From the NCBI GenBank assembly GCA_934184665.1, contig CAKPSX010000001.1, positions 1,688 through 65,687 of the forward strand: a stretch of DNA of 64,000 nt. The letters run 5' to 3'. The translations under genes and the position numbers were made by a program. Within the stretch, counting starts at the first letter, position 1, and each line of letters starts with the position of its first letter. This DNA is from an uncultured Clostridia bacterium. Its GTDB lineage: Bacteria > Bacillota > Clostridia > TANB77 > CAG-508. The notes beneath the pieces are model-generated. The model was not told where the DNA came from. It ran no database searches and saw nothing but the letters and a program-made list of their open reading frames with translations. Positions 18,901-28,900 of this stretch are shown in pieces.

Positions 18901-20800
18901 GGATATTACAAATGGAACAGAAATATCAAATAGAGCAGTGGTAACCTGCGGAGGACTTACTTTAAATGGTAATGAAATAAAAAATATACTTCAAGAATCA
19001 AAAATAAGAATAAGTTTAGTAGAAATGAATACAGAAAAAAAACCAGTACAACCAAATACTTTAAGAGATTACTTTTTAATTGTTGAAAACACATCAAATG
19101 AACCTATAAAAAACTTAAAATTAAAAATGCAAAACTCAGGAGAAGAACTAGTAAAGATTTTAGACAATAATCTTAATTACATATTACAAGAAGATGGATA
19201 TGCAAATATAGAAGAGATTCCAGCAAATGATATGGTTGTTTTAGAAATCATGGCAACAGTATCACAAAGTGACTTACAACAAGTAGAATCAGTAGCATTA
19301 ATTACAGATTCAAATGAAAATACATATAGATCAAATAAATTAATTAGTAAATTAGAACAGGCAAAAGTAGAATTAAGTTTAACAAGTCCAACAGCAGGAC
19401 AATATGTAAACATAGGAGATTATATAATTTATAATATAACAGTAGAAAACCCAACAAACTGTGTAGAAGATGTGGAAATATCAAATCAATTATCAGAATA
19501 CTTAGTAGTTGAGGAAGTATATATAAATGGGGAATTAACAATTCAATCTATAAATCCTGAAGATACAGAAACATATCTTCAAGACATACTAAATGAAACA
19601 ACATATACTCTAATAATAGAAGAAAATCAGAAAAGCGAAATATCTATAAAAGCTAGAGTAAATGAAATTACTGAAGATTTTGATAAAATAACAATAACAA
19701 ATACTGCGCAAGCTACAGTAAAAGGAGAAGTAAAAGCAACATCAGAAGAAATAACACACACAATAGTTAGACAAGCCAGTGAATCAGAAGAAAAAATAAT
19801 AAGTGGTGTTGCATGGTTAGATGAAAATCAAGATGGACAAAAAGATACAAATGAAAAGTTATTACAAGATATAACAGTAAGATTGTTAGACACAGAAACA
19901 AATCAACTTGCTATAGACAAAGAAGGAAATATACTTGAGACAACAACAGGAGAAGATGGAACATACAAATTTAGCAAAGTACAGGAAGGAATATACATAG
20001 TAGTATTTGATTATGACACAACAAAATATGAACCAACAATTTATATGAAAGATGGAGTTAGTACAGGACTAAATTCAAAAGCACTTGCAAAAGTATTTGA
20101 TGGAGAAGTTAAAGGAAATGCAGGAACAGATATAATATATTTAACAGAAAATTTATATGATATAAATTTAGGCTTAAAACAAAACTTAAAATTCGACTTA
20201 GAATTAGGAAAATATATAAATACAATAGTTGTACAAAATGCAAAAGGAACAAAAACATATGAATGTAAAGATAATGAAACACTAAAGAAAATAGAAATAA
20301 ATTCAAAACAAATTGAAGGTTCAGTAGTAGTATTAGAATACAAAATAAAAGTAAAAAATACTGGGGAAATTGCAGGATATGTTACAAACATAAGAGATTA
20401 TTTACCAAATGGATTAACATTTAGCTCAGAATTAAACCCAAACTGGTACTTATCAGGAAAGGATTTATACACAAAAAGTTTAGCAAATACAAGAATAGAA
20501 CCAGGAGAAGAAAAAGAAATAAACTTGATATTAACAAAAACAATGACATCAGACAATGTGGGACTAATAAACAATAGAGCAGAAATTGCAGAAAACTATA
20601 ATGAACTAGGAAAACAAGATATAGATTCAACAGCAAATAACCAGTCAAGTGAAGAAGATGATATGGGAGCAGCAGATGTAATCATAGGAATAAGCACAGG
20701 TATGAAAACAGCAATATCTACAATTTTAATAACATTAAATATATGCTTAATAGGTTTTGCAATATATTTAATATCTAGAAAAAGCAGTGAAATAAACTAA
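15959..20800 (+). CDS. giant secreted surface protein A (1613 aa) with DUF11/TIGR01451 repeats, an SdrD-B/CnaB-type domain and a C-terminal acidic patch + GISTGM + TM + basic tail
   Basis: The signal peptide is MKKEIIRRIFAIIAIFTMLVTDLAPLGTGLISYAAD. Repeats are of the type KAGEIIKYKVTAKNTGDKDLKNVTIKGLVPEGT. The SdrD-B-like segment is ISGVAWLDENQDGQKDTNE...GEDGTYKF. The C-terminus is EEDDMGAADVIIGISTGMKTAISTILITLNICLIGFAIYLISRKSSEIN. Confidence 0.85.
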   Translation: MKKEIIRRIFAIIAIFTMLVTDLAPLGTGLISYAADLNKSTNNTNIEFSAYFKNEEGERISEITTNVQELKMYAEITVKNEGYFNGALELTEGNFNFKNQIQSDGIGKIEGNKITLNQINAGNTVEIEIGIIPINSDTIQESQLKMESKIKLAGTYMETSYKGKDIEAEKTVNLKLSARENTDIEQNSEVVTNKIYNVNGANKRIVQIAVKSRITDNNYPVKTSTIKAIIPEKNKQNLEQVKIVQFNSKATNGNETVNTQEWDKTATEVQMKTENTGESISWKKGVYDEYIITYIFKEETNIAGTDLQITEETEIYNKEDKITKDIINNIGTEEIGKTIVTEIKDNQGEIYKGQLYANSRTDDKRTINYNTTTKITIREKNIIDSVKVKEEKDAYTTAETGDLELNETYKYTRINKEKMIELLGESGTIQIKYGDYNVNTISAEDEADENGELIAKYDEQVGEIEIVTSRPVKEGTLEIKHEKEILPSNYTEEQIKPITGIKTKNTITGLIRNQEVITNTTEQTKELKETQSKTELTVNKVNLSTMSENKDVALGVKFITNGTQYDLFKNPIVVIQLPEQVKDVTLKGVDKVCGDEFTITRKEYDKTHKSIEIELDGEQTAYAENDATQLYLQVNLDITLEQTAASKTEKIIMSYKNENAIQYAENGVTEKAINIAAPSGIITINNLNTYNINSVAGISQNKQTANIDKNTEGGKNVEYKISVVNNTGSNINNVKILGYFPTKGEIQTQNETITNTLETSVAQAIQAGNARVYYSENSKATADLENTSNGWTQDTSAIANAKVYLIDLGTMNVGTSFTTGYISKISTNIDYNLSSYAGYKVLYNDEQNTQIQTVESTLVGMETENRITETDLKIETNIEATVGNDVLKNGDTVKAGEIIKYKVTAKNTGDKDLKNVTIKGLVPEGTVVTEFITPQGADTDFEEPEWPIYWKEKKELKEVSKTVDLEQGQEYSIEYEVRVNMDITNGTEISNRAVVTCGGLTLNGNEIKNILQESKIRISLVEMNTEKKPVQPNTLRDYFLIVENTSNEPIKNLKLKMQNSGEELVKILDNNLNYILQEDGYANIEEIPANDMVVLEIMATVSQSDLQQVESVALITDSNENTYRSNKLISKLEQAKVELSLTSPTAGQYVNIGDYIIYNITVENPTNCVEDVEISNQLSEYLVVEEVYINGELTIQSINPEDTETYLQDILNETTYTLIIEENQKSEISIKARVNEITEDFDKITITNTAQATVKGEVKATSEEITHTIVRQASESEEKIISGVAWLDENQDGQKDTNEKLLQDITVRLLDTETNQLAIDKEGNILETTTGEDGTYKFSKVQEGIYIVVFDYDTTKYEPTIYMKDGVSTGLNSKALAKVFDGEVKGNAGTDIIYLTENLYDINLGLKQNLKFDLELGKYINTIVVQNAKGTKTYECKDNETLKKIEINSKQIEGSVVVLEYKIKVKNTGEIAGYVTNIRDYLPNGLTFSSELNPNWYLSGKDLYTKSLANTRIEPGEEKEINLILTKTMTSDNVGLINNRAEIAENYNELGKQDIDSTANNQSSEEDDMGAADVIIGISTGMKTAISTILITLNICLIGFAIYLISRKSSEIN

Positions 20801-20812
20801 AGGGGGATGGAA

Positions 20813-23800
20813 ATGAATAAAATAAAAAAAGTGATTTTTATATTATTAATTAGTTTCGCTATTTTAATATTGAAAAACAATGTTTCTTTTGCTGCCGTAG
20901 ATATTACAAGCTTACATGAAAATGCTGTAAAACAAAAAGTAACAATCGGACAAAGATCAGGTCAATACAGACTAGAAGGAACAAACAATGTATATTGTAC
21001 ACAACACGAAAAATCCATGTATAACAATGCATATGCAAAAGTTAATACATATATAAAAATTAGTGGAAATAAAGTTCAAATCAGACAAGAAAATTCTGCC
21101 ACTTTAAAAGATGCAACATATAAAACAGGCTCAAATGCAGAAGAAATAAAAAATTGGAATCCTGCTTGGGGACCAGCTCCTAATCTATATGAATATAGTG
21201 GATATACAGAATATTATGCATTAGCTAATATATTAAAAAATATGCAAGGATATGGACGCTATAATGCATATACAACAACGCAAAGAAAATTATATGGATT
21301 TTTAAACCAAAGGCAAATCTTTATAGCAAATGAATTAGGACCATTTTTCAGCTCAAGGAATTATAATAAGACTAAAGATTTCTCAAAAGAATGGGCAGAT
21401 GCACAAACAGCGGAAAAAACAGGAAAAGGGTTCCAGGGAACATTAGAAATATACCTTTTAGTTCCAATAACATCAAGTGGACAAAATAAAATTGGTGTAC
21501 AAAACCTTATGGTAGTAACATATTCACCAAAAGTAGAAGTAGTAGATACAGCACTAACAATAAAAAAAGTAGATGCATATACAAACGATGTATTAGCAGG
21601 CGCTAAATTTATAATAGGTCAACAAGGAACAGGAAGTAATGGACAAGATGTATACCTAAAAAATTCAGTTAACCAAGGAAATACATATGATTATGAATGG
21701 ACAACAAATAAAAGCGAAGCAAAAATATATACGACAGATAAATACGGAAAAATTAATTTATATGATTTACCAGAAAAAATTAATGGAACAGATACATACA
21801 TAGTTTATACAATAGAAGAAACAGAACCGCCAGATGGTTATAAGAGCAATAGCAATAATAGACAAACAATGACAGCAACATTTTCGGGTGGATTAGAAGT
21901 CACAGTAACAGTTACTAATATACCTGACAGTTTTGATAATCAGTTAATTATTTACAAAAGAGATGCAATGACAAAAGAATCGCTTGAAGGAGTAGGGTTT
22001 GTTATAAAGAGACAATTGTTAAATCAATCTGTATCATCTAATGGAGAACACTGCTGGGATAATTCAGAATGGAGATATTTAAGAACAAATGGAAATGGCT
22101 CATATGAATGGGTTTCATCTAAGAGTAGTGCAGACACGTTTTATACAGATGCAAGTGGTAGAATAGTAATAAAAAATCTTGAAGTTTCAGAAACAACATA
22201 TGTATGGGAGCATTTTAGAGGATTATGTAGGTATCATAGTGGATATCGACAATACATATATCATCGTTCAGGTCACTATATGCCAAGAGAAACCCCAATA
22301 AATTATCAAGTAGAAGAAGTATCTATGCCATCAAAGCTATATGGAGACTATTGGGGAAATATAGGAAACCAAAAAAGCTTTGTTTTAACACCAAACTCAT
22401 CAAATGATTATATAACACAAGTTACAGTGGATAATATGCCAATATCTAAGCCTACAGGAAATGTGAAGATATCAGGAAAGGTTTGGGTGGAAGGAGCATC
22501 AACAAGTAAAGGAAACGGAAATTTCAATGATGAATATAATTCAGGAAAAGATGAATTATTAGCAGGAATAAGAGTATATTGGAAAGATGCATCAGGAAAT
22601 ATTATATCTACTGCGGTAACAAATGGTAATGGAAGATATGAGATGGGATATACAATAAATTATGATTTCTGTACATGGTCAATGGATCAACAAGTATATA
22701 ATAGATTAAATAACTCATATATAGAATTTGAATATGATGGTAAGAAATATACGACAGTAAAAAATAATATGAGAAACTCGGAAAATACATCACGTGCAAT
22801 AGAAAATTATGATTCAAAAGCTAAATCAAGATATGATTTAGACTCATCATTTTGCAAAGTAAATAATAATGGAATTTATGATAGTGATAGTGGAGGAAAT
22901 AGAGTAACAGACTTTACGGTAACAGCAGATACAAGCAAAATAAAAAATATATTATCAGGAAGATATTATGACATAGAAACAGTAAGAAAAAATGGATGTA
23001 TTTATCACACATATAGAACAGTACATCATAAAGATGGATCAACAAGTACAGAAACAGTACACCATTATGATTACAGAATAACAGAATGGAACATAAAAAA
23101 CATGAACCTAGGATTGTTTGAAAAAGAACAACCTGATTTAGGACTAGTATCAGATATAGCAAAAGTAGATGTAATAATGAAAGGACAAAAATATACATAT
23201 ACAAATGGAAATAGAGGAATAACATCAGATGATTATGGTGTAAATACTAAAGTATCTTTTGGAAATAATGAAACATATAATAGACCAGTAAATCCATCAG
23301 ACATAGCATATGTAAATGATAATAATACTCAAGACCTAGAAGTATATATAACATATAATATAAGAGTACAAAATCAATCATCAACATTATATACACAAGT
23401 AAAAGAAATTGTTAATTATTATGATAGTAGACTTGAAATAGTTCAATCAGACAATCCTAAAAAACAATGGCATGATACGAGTCAATATAGTACATATGGA
23501 AACCAAATTAAATCGAATGGATTTAATAAAGCATACAGTACTGAACTCGCGACAGATGAGGATGGATATGATTTACTTTTGGAACCACAGACTTTATCTG
23601 ATACAATAGAAATAAAATTTAGAGTAAAAGATGAAGTAGTAAAAAGCTTAATAAATCAAGAGCCTATATTATTTAGCAATGTATCTGAGATTTATGCATA
23701 TGCATCATATTATGGAAGTGATACATGGTGTGCAGAACACACAACAGCACAAGATAGATGGAGAACAGGACAAAGGTATTCGGGATTAGATATTGACTCA

Positions 23801-25753
23801 TCACCAGGAACAGCGGAAATATCAATGCAAAGTGATAAATTAGATACAAAAACATATGAAGATGATACAGATCTTGCACCAACATTTAAATTACAAGCAG
23901 ATGAAAATTATAAAATAATATCTGGAACAGTTTTTGAAGATTCTCAAACAGAAGAAAGTAAAAAGACAAATGAAAGACTAGGAAATGGAATAAAAGATAA
24001 TGGGGAAAATGCAGTAGAAAATGTTAGAGTCGAATTATTACGTGTAAATGATGAAGGAACAGAAACTGCAAAATTATATACAATAAATAATAAACAACCA
24101 GCAAGTACAGAAGCTGTAACATATACCAATGAAAATGGAGACTATTATTTTGAAGGTGTTGTAGTAGATAATTACATATTAAAATACACTTATGGAGGAA
24201 GCGACAATGAAAATGAAAAATCGTTAATTGTATATCCAAAAGAAGAAAATGGTACAACGAAAACAGAAAAAGCCGCTATTGACGCAAGAAACTATAAATC
24301 TACTATAATAACACAAGACCCTGTAAAAACGATAATGCAAAATAATACAAATGATGATGTTAAACAAAGTGATTTATTATGGCATTTAATAACAGATGAA
24401 AATGTATCAACAGCTGTAGACGATATTGATGACTTACATTGGAAATATAGAACAAAACAAGATGAAGAAAAAAATGTTAATGTAAATTATGATGAAGATA
24501 CTGAAATGGTAAATGAGAATACAAACAGACAATTAGATAAAGAAGCAAGGTTACAAATTAAATCTTTAATAAATAGTAATTTTGAAACACCTACAAGAGT
24601 ATCAGCATACAGTTTACCATTTAAAGTACAGGTAGAATATACAAAAGAGCAGATACAGGAAGTAACAGAAGAAGGTGGTAAACTGAAGAAAACAACTAAT
24701 GCAGCAGGACAAGAAGAAATAGTCAATGAAAGTTTTGACTATGATTGGGACAGATTTAATTTTGGAATTATAGAAAGACCAAGGGAAAACATAGTAGTTG
24801 ATAAAACTATAGACAGACTTAGAATAACATTAGCAAATGGACAAGTATTAACAGAAGGAAACCCATATGCAGGAAATATGGATTATACAAGGGCATTAGG
24901 AAATAAAGAAATAACAACAAGAGACAAATTCCTTAAAGCAATTCAAAAAGAAAAACAAGTATTTATGGAAATGGATACAGAATTAATACAAGGAGCAAAA
25001 CTAGAAATAATATATAAAATAACAGTTACAAACAATAGTGAAGAAGATGTTGAATATGACAAATATGATGAATTAACACAAGGAGGAGATGAAAAATATT
25101 ACTGGTATGGAGAAGTAGAAAGAGAAGGAAAGAAAATAGCAAAAGACAAACTTATAAAACAATCTACAGAATACTTAGTAGATTATGTTGATTCGAGTTT
25201 AGTTTGTGAAACAGGAAAAGATTCACAAAATGCAGTGTGGCAAAAGGTTAAAAAAGACCAACTTAGAAATCACATATCTCAGAAAGTATCAAATTCACTA
25301 AATGCAAATAACAAACAGGATTATACCATACTTGTAACAAATGCATTTAAAAACGTAGCACCAAATGAATCACACTCAGAAACATTATATGCAAGTAAAT
25401 TATTAGCAGCACAAGCAAAAGACCATGTTTATGAAAACCATACAGAAATAATACAATTAAATGGAAAAACAGCAAGGACGATATATCAAACAAATAAAGG
25501 AGAACAAATAGCCAAAGAATATAAACCAGGAGATTATGTGCCAAGTTTAAATGGAAGAGTTAAGAAACTTTCAGATGATACTACACAATCAATATTGGAA
25601 AGACTACATGAACAAGACGATGATTCAACAACACTATTTATAACTCCACCAACAGGACTACCAGAAAACATTAAAATGTATATGATAGTAGGAGCTATAG
25701 GATTAATTGCAATAGGAATAGAGATATGTATAATAAAACGAAAAATTACATAA
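20813..25753 (+). CDS. giant secreted surface protein B (about 1646 aa) with a conserved Cys-containing N-terminal domain, SpaA/CnaB isopeptide-type domains and a C-terminal ITPPTGL + TM + KRK sorting-like signal
   Basis: The signal peptide is MNKIKKVIFILLISFAILILKNNVSFAAVD. The N-terminal domain contains VYCTQHE...TTTQRKLY. A CnaB hallmark YTIEETEPPDGY is present. An SdrD-B-like segment reads ISGKVWVEGAS...NGNGRYEM. The C-terminus is EQDDDSTTLFITPPTGLPENIKMYMIVGAIGLIAIGIEICIIKRKIT. The gene starts 7-13 nt after the A stop. Confidence 0.85.
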   Translation: MNKIKKVIFILLISFAILILKNNVSFAAVDITSLHENAVKQKVTIGQRSGQYRLEGTNNVYCTQHEKSMYNNAYAKVNTYIKISGNKVQIRQENSATLKDATYKTGSNAEEIKNWNPAWGPAPNLYEYSGYTEYYALANILKNMQGYGRYNAYTTTQRKLYGFLNQRQIFIANELGPFFSSRNYNKTKDFSKEWADAQTAEKTGKGFQGTLEIYLLVPITSSGQNKIGVQNLMVVTYSPKVEVVDTALTIKKVDAYTNDVLAGAKFIIGQQGTGSNGQDVYLKNSVNQGNTYDYEWTTNKSEAKIYTTDKYGKINLYDLPEKINGTDTYIVYTIEETEPPDGYKSNSNNRQTMTATFSGGLEVTVTVTNIPDSFDNQLIIYKRDAMTKESLEGVGFVIKRQLLNQSVSSNGEHCWDNSEWRYLRTNGNGSYEWVSSKSSADTFYTDASGRIVIKNLEVSETTYVWEHFRGLCRYHSGYRQYIYHRSGHYMPRETPINYQVEEVSMPSKLYGDYWGNIGNQKSFVLTPNSSNDYITQVTVDNMPISKPTGNVKISGKVWVEGASTSKGNGNFNDEYNSGKDELLAGIRVYWKDASGNIISTAVTNGNGRYEMGYTINYDFCTWSMDQQVYNRLNNSYIEFEYDGKKYTTVKNNMRNSENTSRAIENYDSKAKSRYDLDSSFCKVNNNGIYDSDSGGNRVTDFTVTADTSKIKNILSGRYYDIETVRKNGCIYHTYRTVHHKDGSTSTETVHHYDYRITEWNIKNMNLGLFEKEQPDLGLVSDIAKVDVIMKGQKYTYTNGNRGITSDDYGVNTKVSFGNNETYNRPVNPSDIAYVNDNNTQDLEVYITYNIRVQNQSSTLYTQVKEIVNYYDSRLEIVQSDNPKKQWHDTSQYSTYGNQIKSNGFNKAYSTELATDEDGYDLLLEPQTLSDTIEIKFRVKDEVVKSLINQEPILFSNVSEIYAYASYYGSDTWCAEHTTAQDRWRTGQRYSGLDIDSSPGTAEISMQSDKLDTKTYEDDTDLAPTFKLQADENYKIISGTVFEDSQTEESKKTNERLGNGIKDNGENAVENVRVELLRVNDEGTETAKLYTINNKQPASTEAVTYTNENGDYYFEGVVVDNYILKYTYGGSDNENEKSLIVYPKEENGTTKTEKAAIDARNYKSTIITQDPVKTIMQNNTNDDVKQSDLLWHLITDENVSTAVDDIDDLHWKYRTKQDEEKNVNVNYDEDTEMVNENTNRQLDKEARLQIKSLINSNFETPTRVSAYSLPFKVQVEYTKEQIQEVTEEGGKLKKTTNAAGQEEIVNESFDYDWDRFNFGIIERPRENIVVDKTIDRLRITLANGQVLTEGNPYAGNMDYTRALGNKEITTRDKFLKAIQKEKQVFMEMDTELIQGAKLEIIYKITVTNNSEEDVEYDKYDELTQGGDEKYYWYGEVEREGKKIAKDKLIKQSTEYLVDYVDSSLVCETGKDSQNAVWQKVKKDQLRNHISQKVSNSLNANNKQDYTILVTNAFKNVAPNESHSETLYASKLLAAQAKDHVYENHTEIIQLNGKTARTIYQTNKGEQIAKEYKPGDYVPSLNGRVKKLSDDTTQSILERLHEQDDDSTTLFITPPTGLPENIKMYMIVGAIGLIAIGIEICIIKRKIT

Positions 25754-25916
25754 ATTACCAAAAACATTATGGAAACCTTATGCAAATAACTGGAAAACCA
25801 GAAAAACAAGTCAAAAAAACAAAAAAATTGTCAAAAAAAATTGTAAAAATCTGAAAATTGTGATATCATATAAAGAGGATTAAAAGTAGAATATTATGAT
25901 AAATGGAGGAAAGATG

Positions 25917-28900
25917 ATGAAAAGAAAAATTTTAGAAAAATTGTTGGTATCAATAATGATAATCACACTATCAGCAACCGACTTTTTAACGTTGGGCGCA
26001 AACTTAGTAAGTTATGCTACAGATTTGAGCAAAACAACAAACAATAATAACATTGAATTTTCTACATACTTCAAGGATGCAGAAGGTAACAAAGTTGACA
26101 CAGTACAGGAAGACATAAACAAAGAAGACCTTAAACTATATGCAGAAATTGCAGTAAAAAGAGAAGGATACTTTAATGGAACAATAGAATTACAAGAAGG
26201 TAACTTCAACTTCAAAAATACTGCAAGTGAAGGAATAAGCCATATAGATGGTAACAAAATAACATTAAACCAAATAAATGCTGGAAGCACTGTAGAAATA
26301 GAATTAGGCATAGCACCAGTTAAATCAGAGCAAATGATGCTAAGCCAATTAAATATGACATCAAAGATAAAATTAGCAGGAACATATATGGAAACTTCAT
26401 ATAAAGGAAAAGACATAAGTGCAGAAAAAAATGTTACTTTAAACCTAATAGCAGATGAGGCAAACTCATCTGCTGAGGTAAGCAACGAAATTGTAACAAA
26501 CAAAATCTTTAATGTTAATGGTGAAAATAAGAGAATAGTTCAAATGTTAGTAAAATCAAAAATAACAAATAATAACTATCCAGTAAAACAAACAACACTA
26601 ACAGCAGAAGTACCAGAAACGAATAAAGATAAACTACAAAAAATTGAAGTAGTAGCATTAAGAACAGAAGCAACAAATGGACAAGAAAACAATACAACTG
26701 TTACAAGTTCAACAACAGAAAATGGCGCAGAAATTCAAAACACACAAATAACAGTTGAAAATGCTGGTGAAACAATCAGCTGGAAAAGAAATACCTCAGA
26801 TGAATTTATCGTAACATATATATATGATGAAAATGCAAATGTAAATGGAACAGAATTTAAAACAAATACAGAAATAGAATTATATAACACAGAAAATAAA
26901 TTCAGTAAAGAAACATCAGCAATTGTAGGGACAGAAGAACTAAGCAATGTTGTGGTATCAGAAATTGAACTAGATAACACAGAAACATACAAAGGTCAAT
27001 TATATGCAAATACTAAAACAGAAGACAAAAAAGAAATACCTTTTAATACAACAACAAAAATCTTAGTAAGATCAGCAGGAATTGCAGAAGCAATAGATGT
27101 TAAAGAAGAAAAAGATACATTTACAGGAATTGAACTTGATGCAAATACAAGATATGTACAAACAGCAATAAATAGAGAAAGAATGTTAGCAATGCTAGGG
27201 CAAGATGGATATTTAGATATAACAGCAGGAGGAACAAGCTATAGACTAACAAAAGACAGTGAAGTAAATGAAAATGGAAACATAATAATTAATTACAATG
27301 AAACAGTAAGAGAAATAGAAATTTCAACAAGTAAACCAGTAAATGCAGGAGTATTAAACATTCAACATGAAAAAGCAATAATGGCAAGTGATTATGTTAC
27401 AGAACAAATAAAACCTGTAACAGGATTGATAGCAAAAAATATATCAACAATGAAGGCAACAATAGATACAACAGTTGAAAAAGGCGTTCAAGAAGCGGCA
27501 GAAAAAATTGCAGGAGCAACAACGGATGCAAAAAACGCAGCTGAAGACGTGATAAAAGATGGTGTTAAAGAAGCTGGAGAAAAAATTTCAGAAGTAATAA
27601 CTAAAAACGAAGATTCAGCAGAAAAACCATTAAAAGAAACATACTCAAAAGTTGAATTAACAGTAAATAAAGCAAACTTATCAACAATGTCAGTAAACAA
27701 TGATGTAGCATTAGGAGTTAAATTTATAACAAATGGAACACAATATGATTTATTTAAAAATCCAAAAGTAGTTATTCAATTACCAGAACAAGTAAAAGAT
27801 GTAACATTAAAAGGAATAGATAAATTATATGGAGATGAATTTACAATAACAAAGAAATCATATGACAAAGTAAATAAAATGATTGAGATTGAATTAAATG
27901 GAGAGCAAACAGCATATGCAGAAAATGATGCAACACAATTATATTTACAAGTTAATTTAGATATAACACTAGAACAAACAGCAGCAAGCAAAACTGAAGA
28001 AATAACAATGTCATATAAAAATGACAATGCTACAAATTATTATGAAGATGGAATTGTTACAAAAGCCGTAGGAATAAGTGCACCAAGTGGAATAATAACA
28101 ATAAACAATTTAAACACATACAACATAAATTCAGTAGCAGGAATAAATGAAAGCAAACAATTGGTAGACTTAGATAAAGAAACAGCTGGTGGAACAAATG
28201 CAGAATATCAAATATCAGTAGTAAATAACACAGGAAGTAAAATAAATAATACAAAAATATTAGGATATTTCCCAACAAAAGGAGAAATACAAACACAAAA
28301 TGAAACAATAACAAACACATTAGAAACAAGTGTTGCGGAAGCAATAAAAGCAGGAAATGCAAAAGTATATTATAGCGAAAATAGCAAAGCAACAGCAGAT
28401 TTAGAAAACACATCAAATGGTTGGACACAAGATACAAGTGCAATAGCAAATGCAAAAGTTTACTTAATAGACTTAGGAACAATGAATATTGGTGCAAGCT
28501 ACACAACAGGATATACAAGCAAAATATCAACAAATATAGACTATGATTTATCATCATATGCAGGATATAAAGTTATATATAATGATGGAGAAACTACACA
28601 AACAGTAGAATCAACATTAGTTGGTATGACAACAGAAGGCGGAATAAAAGCAGAAGATATTAAGATGGAAACGTCAGTATCCGCAACAGTTGGAAATGAT
28701 ACACTAAAAGATGGTGATACAGTAAAAGCAGGTGAAGTTATAAGATATAAAGTTACTGCTAAAAATGTTGGAGAAAGAAAACTTAAAGATGTTACAATTA
28801 AAGGACAAGTTCCAGAAGGAACAGTTCTAGTAGAACCAGAAGAAGAATTCAAATCAACAGGACTATCATATTATGTGGAAAAAACAGATGCAAAAGAAGT

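Noticed and set aside
20800-20813. The ORF-track start of B at 20807, immediately abutting the GGGGG RBS.
   Set aside because: The spacing between the RBS and that ATG is 0-1 nt. The second in-frame ATG at 20813 has proper spacing of about 7 nt, so I moved the start.
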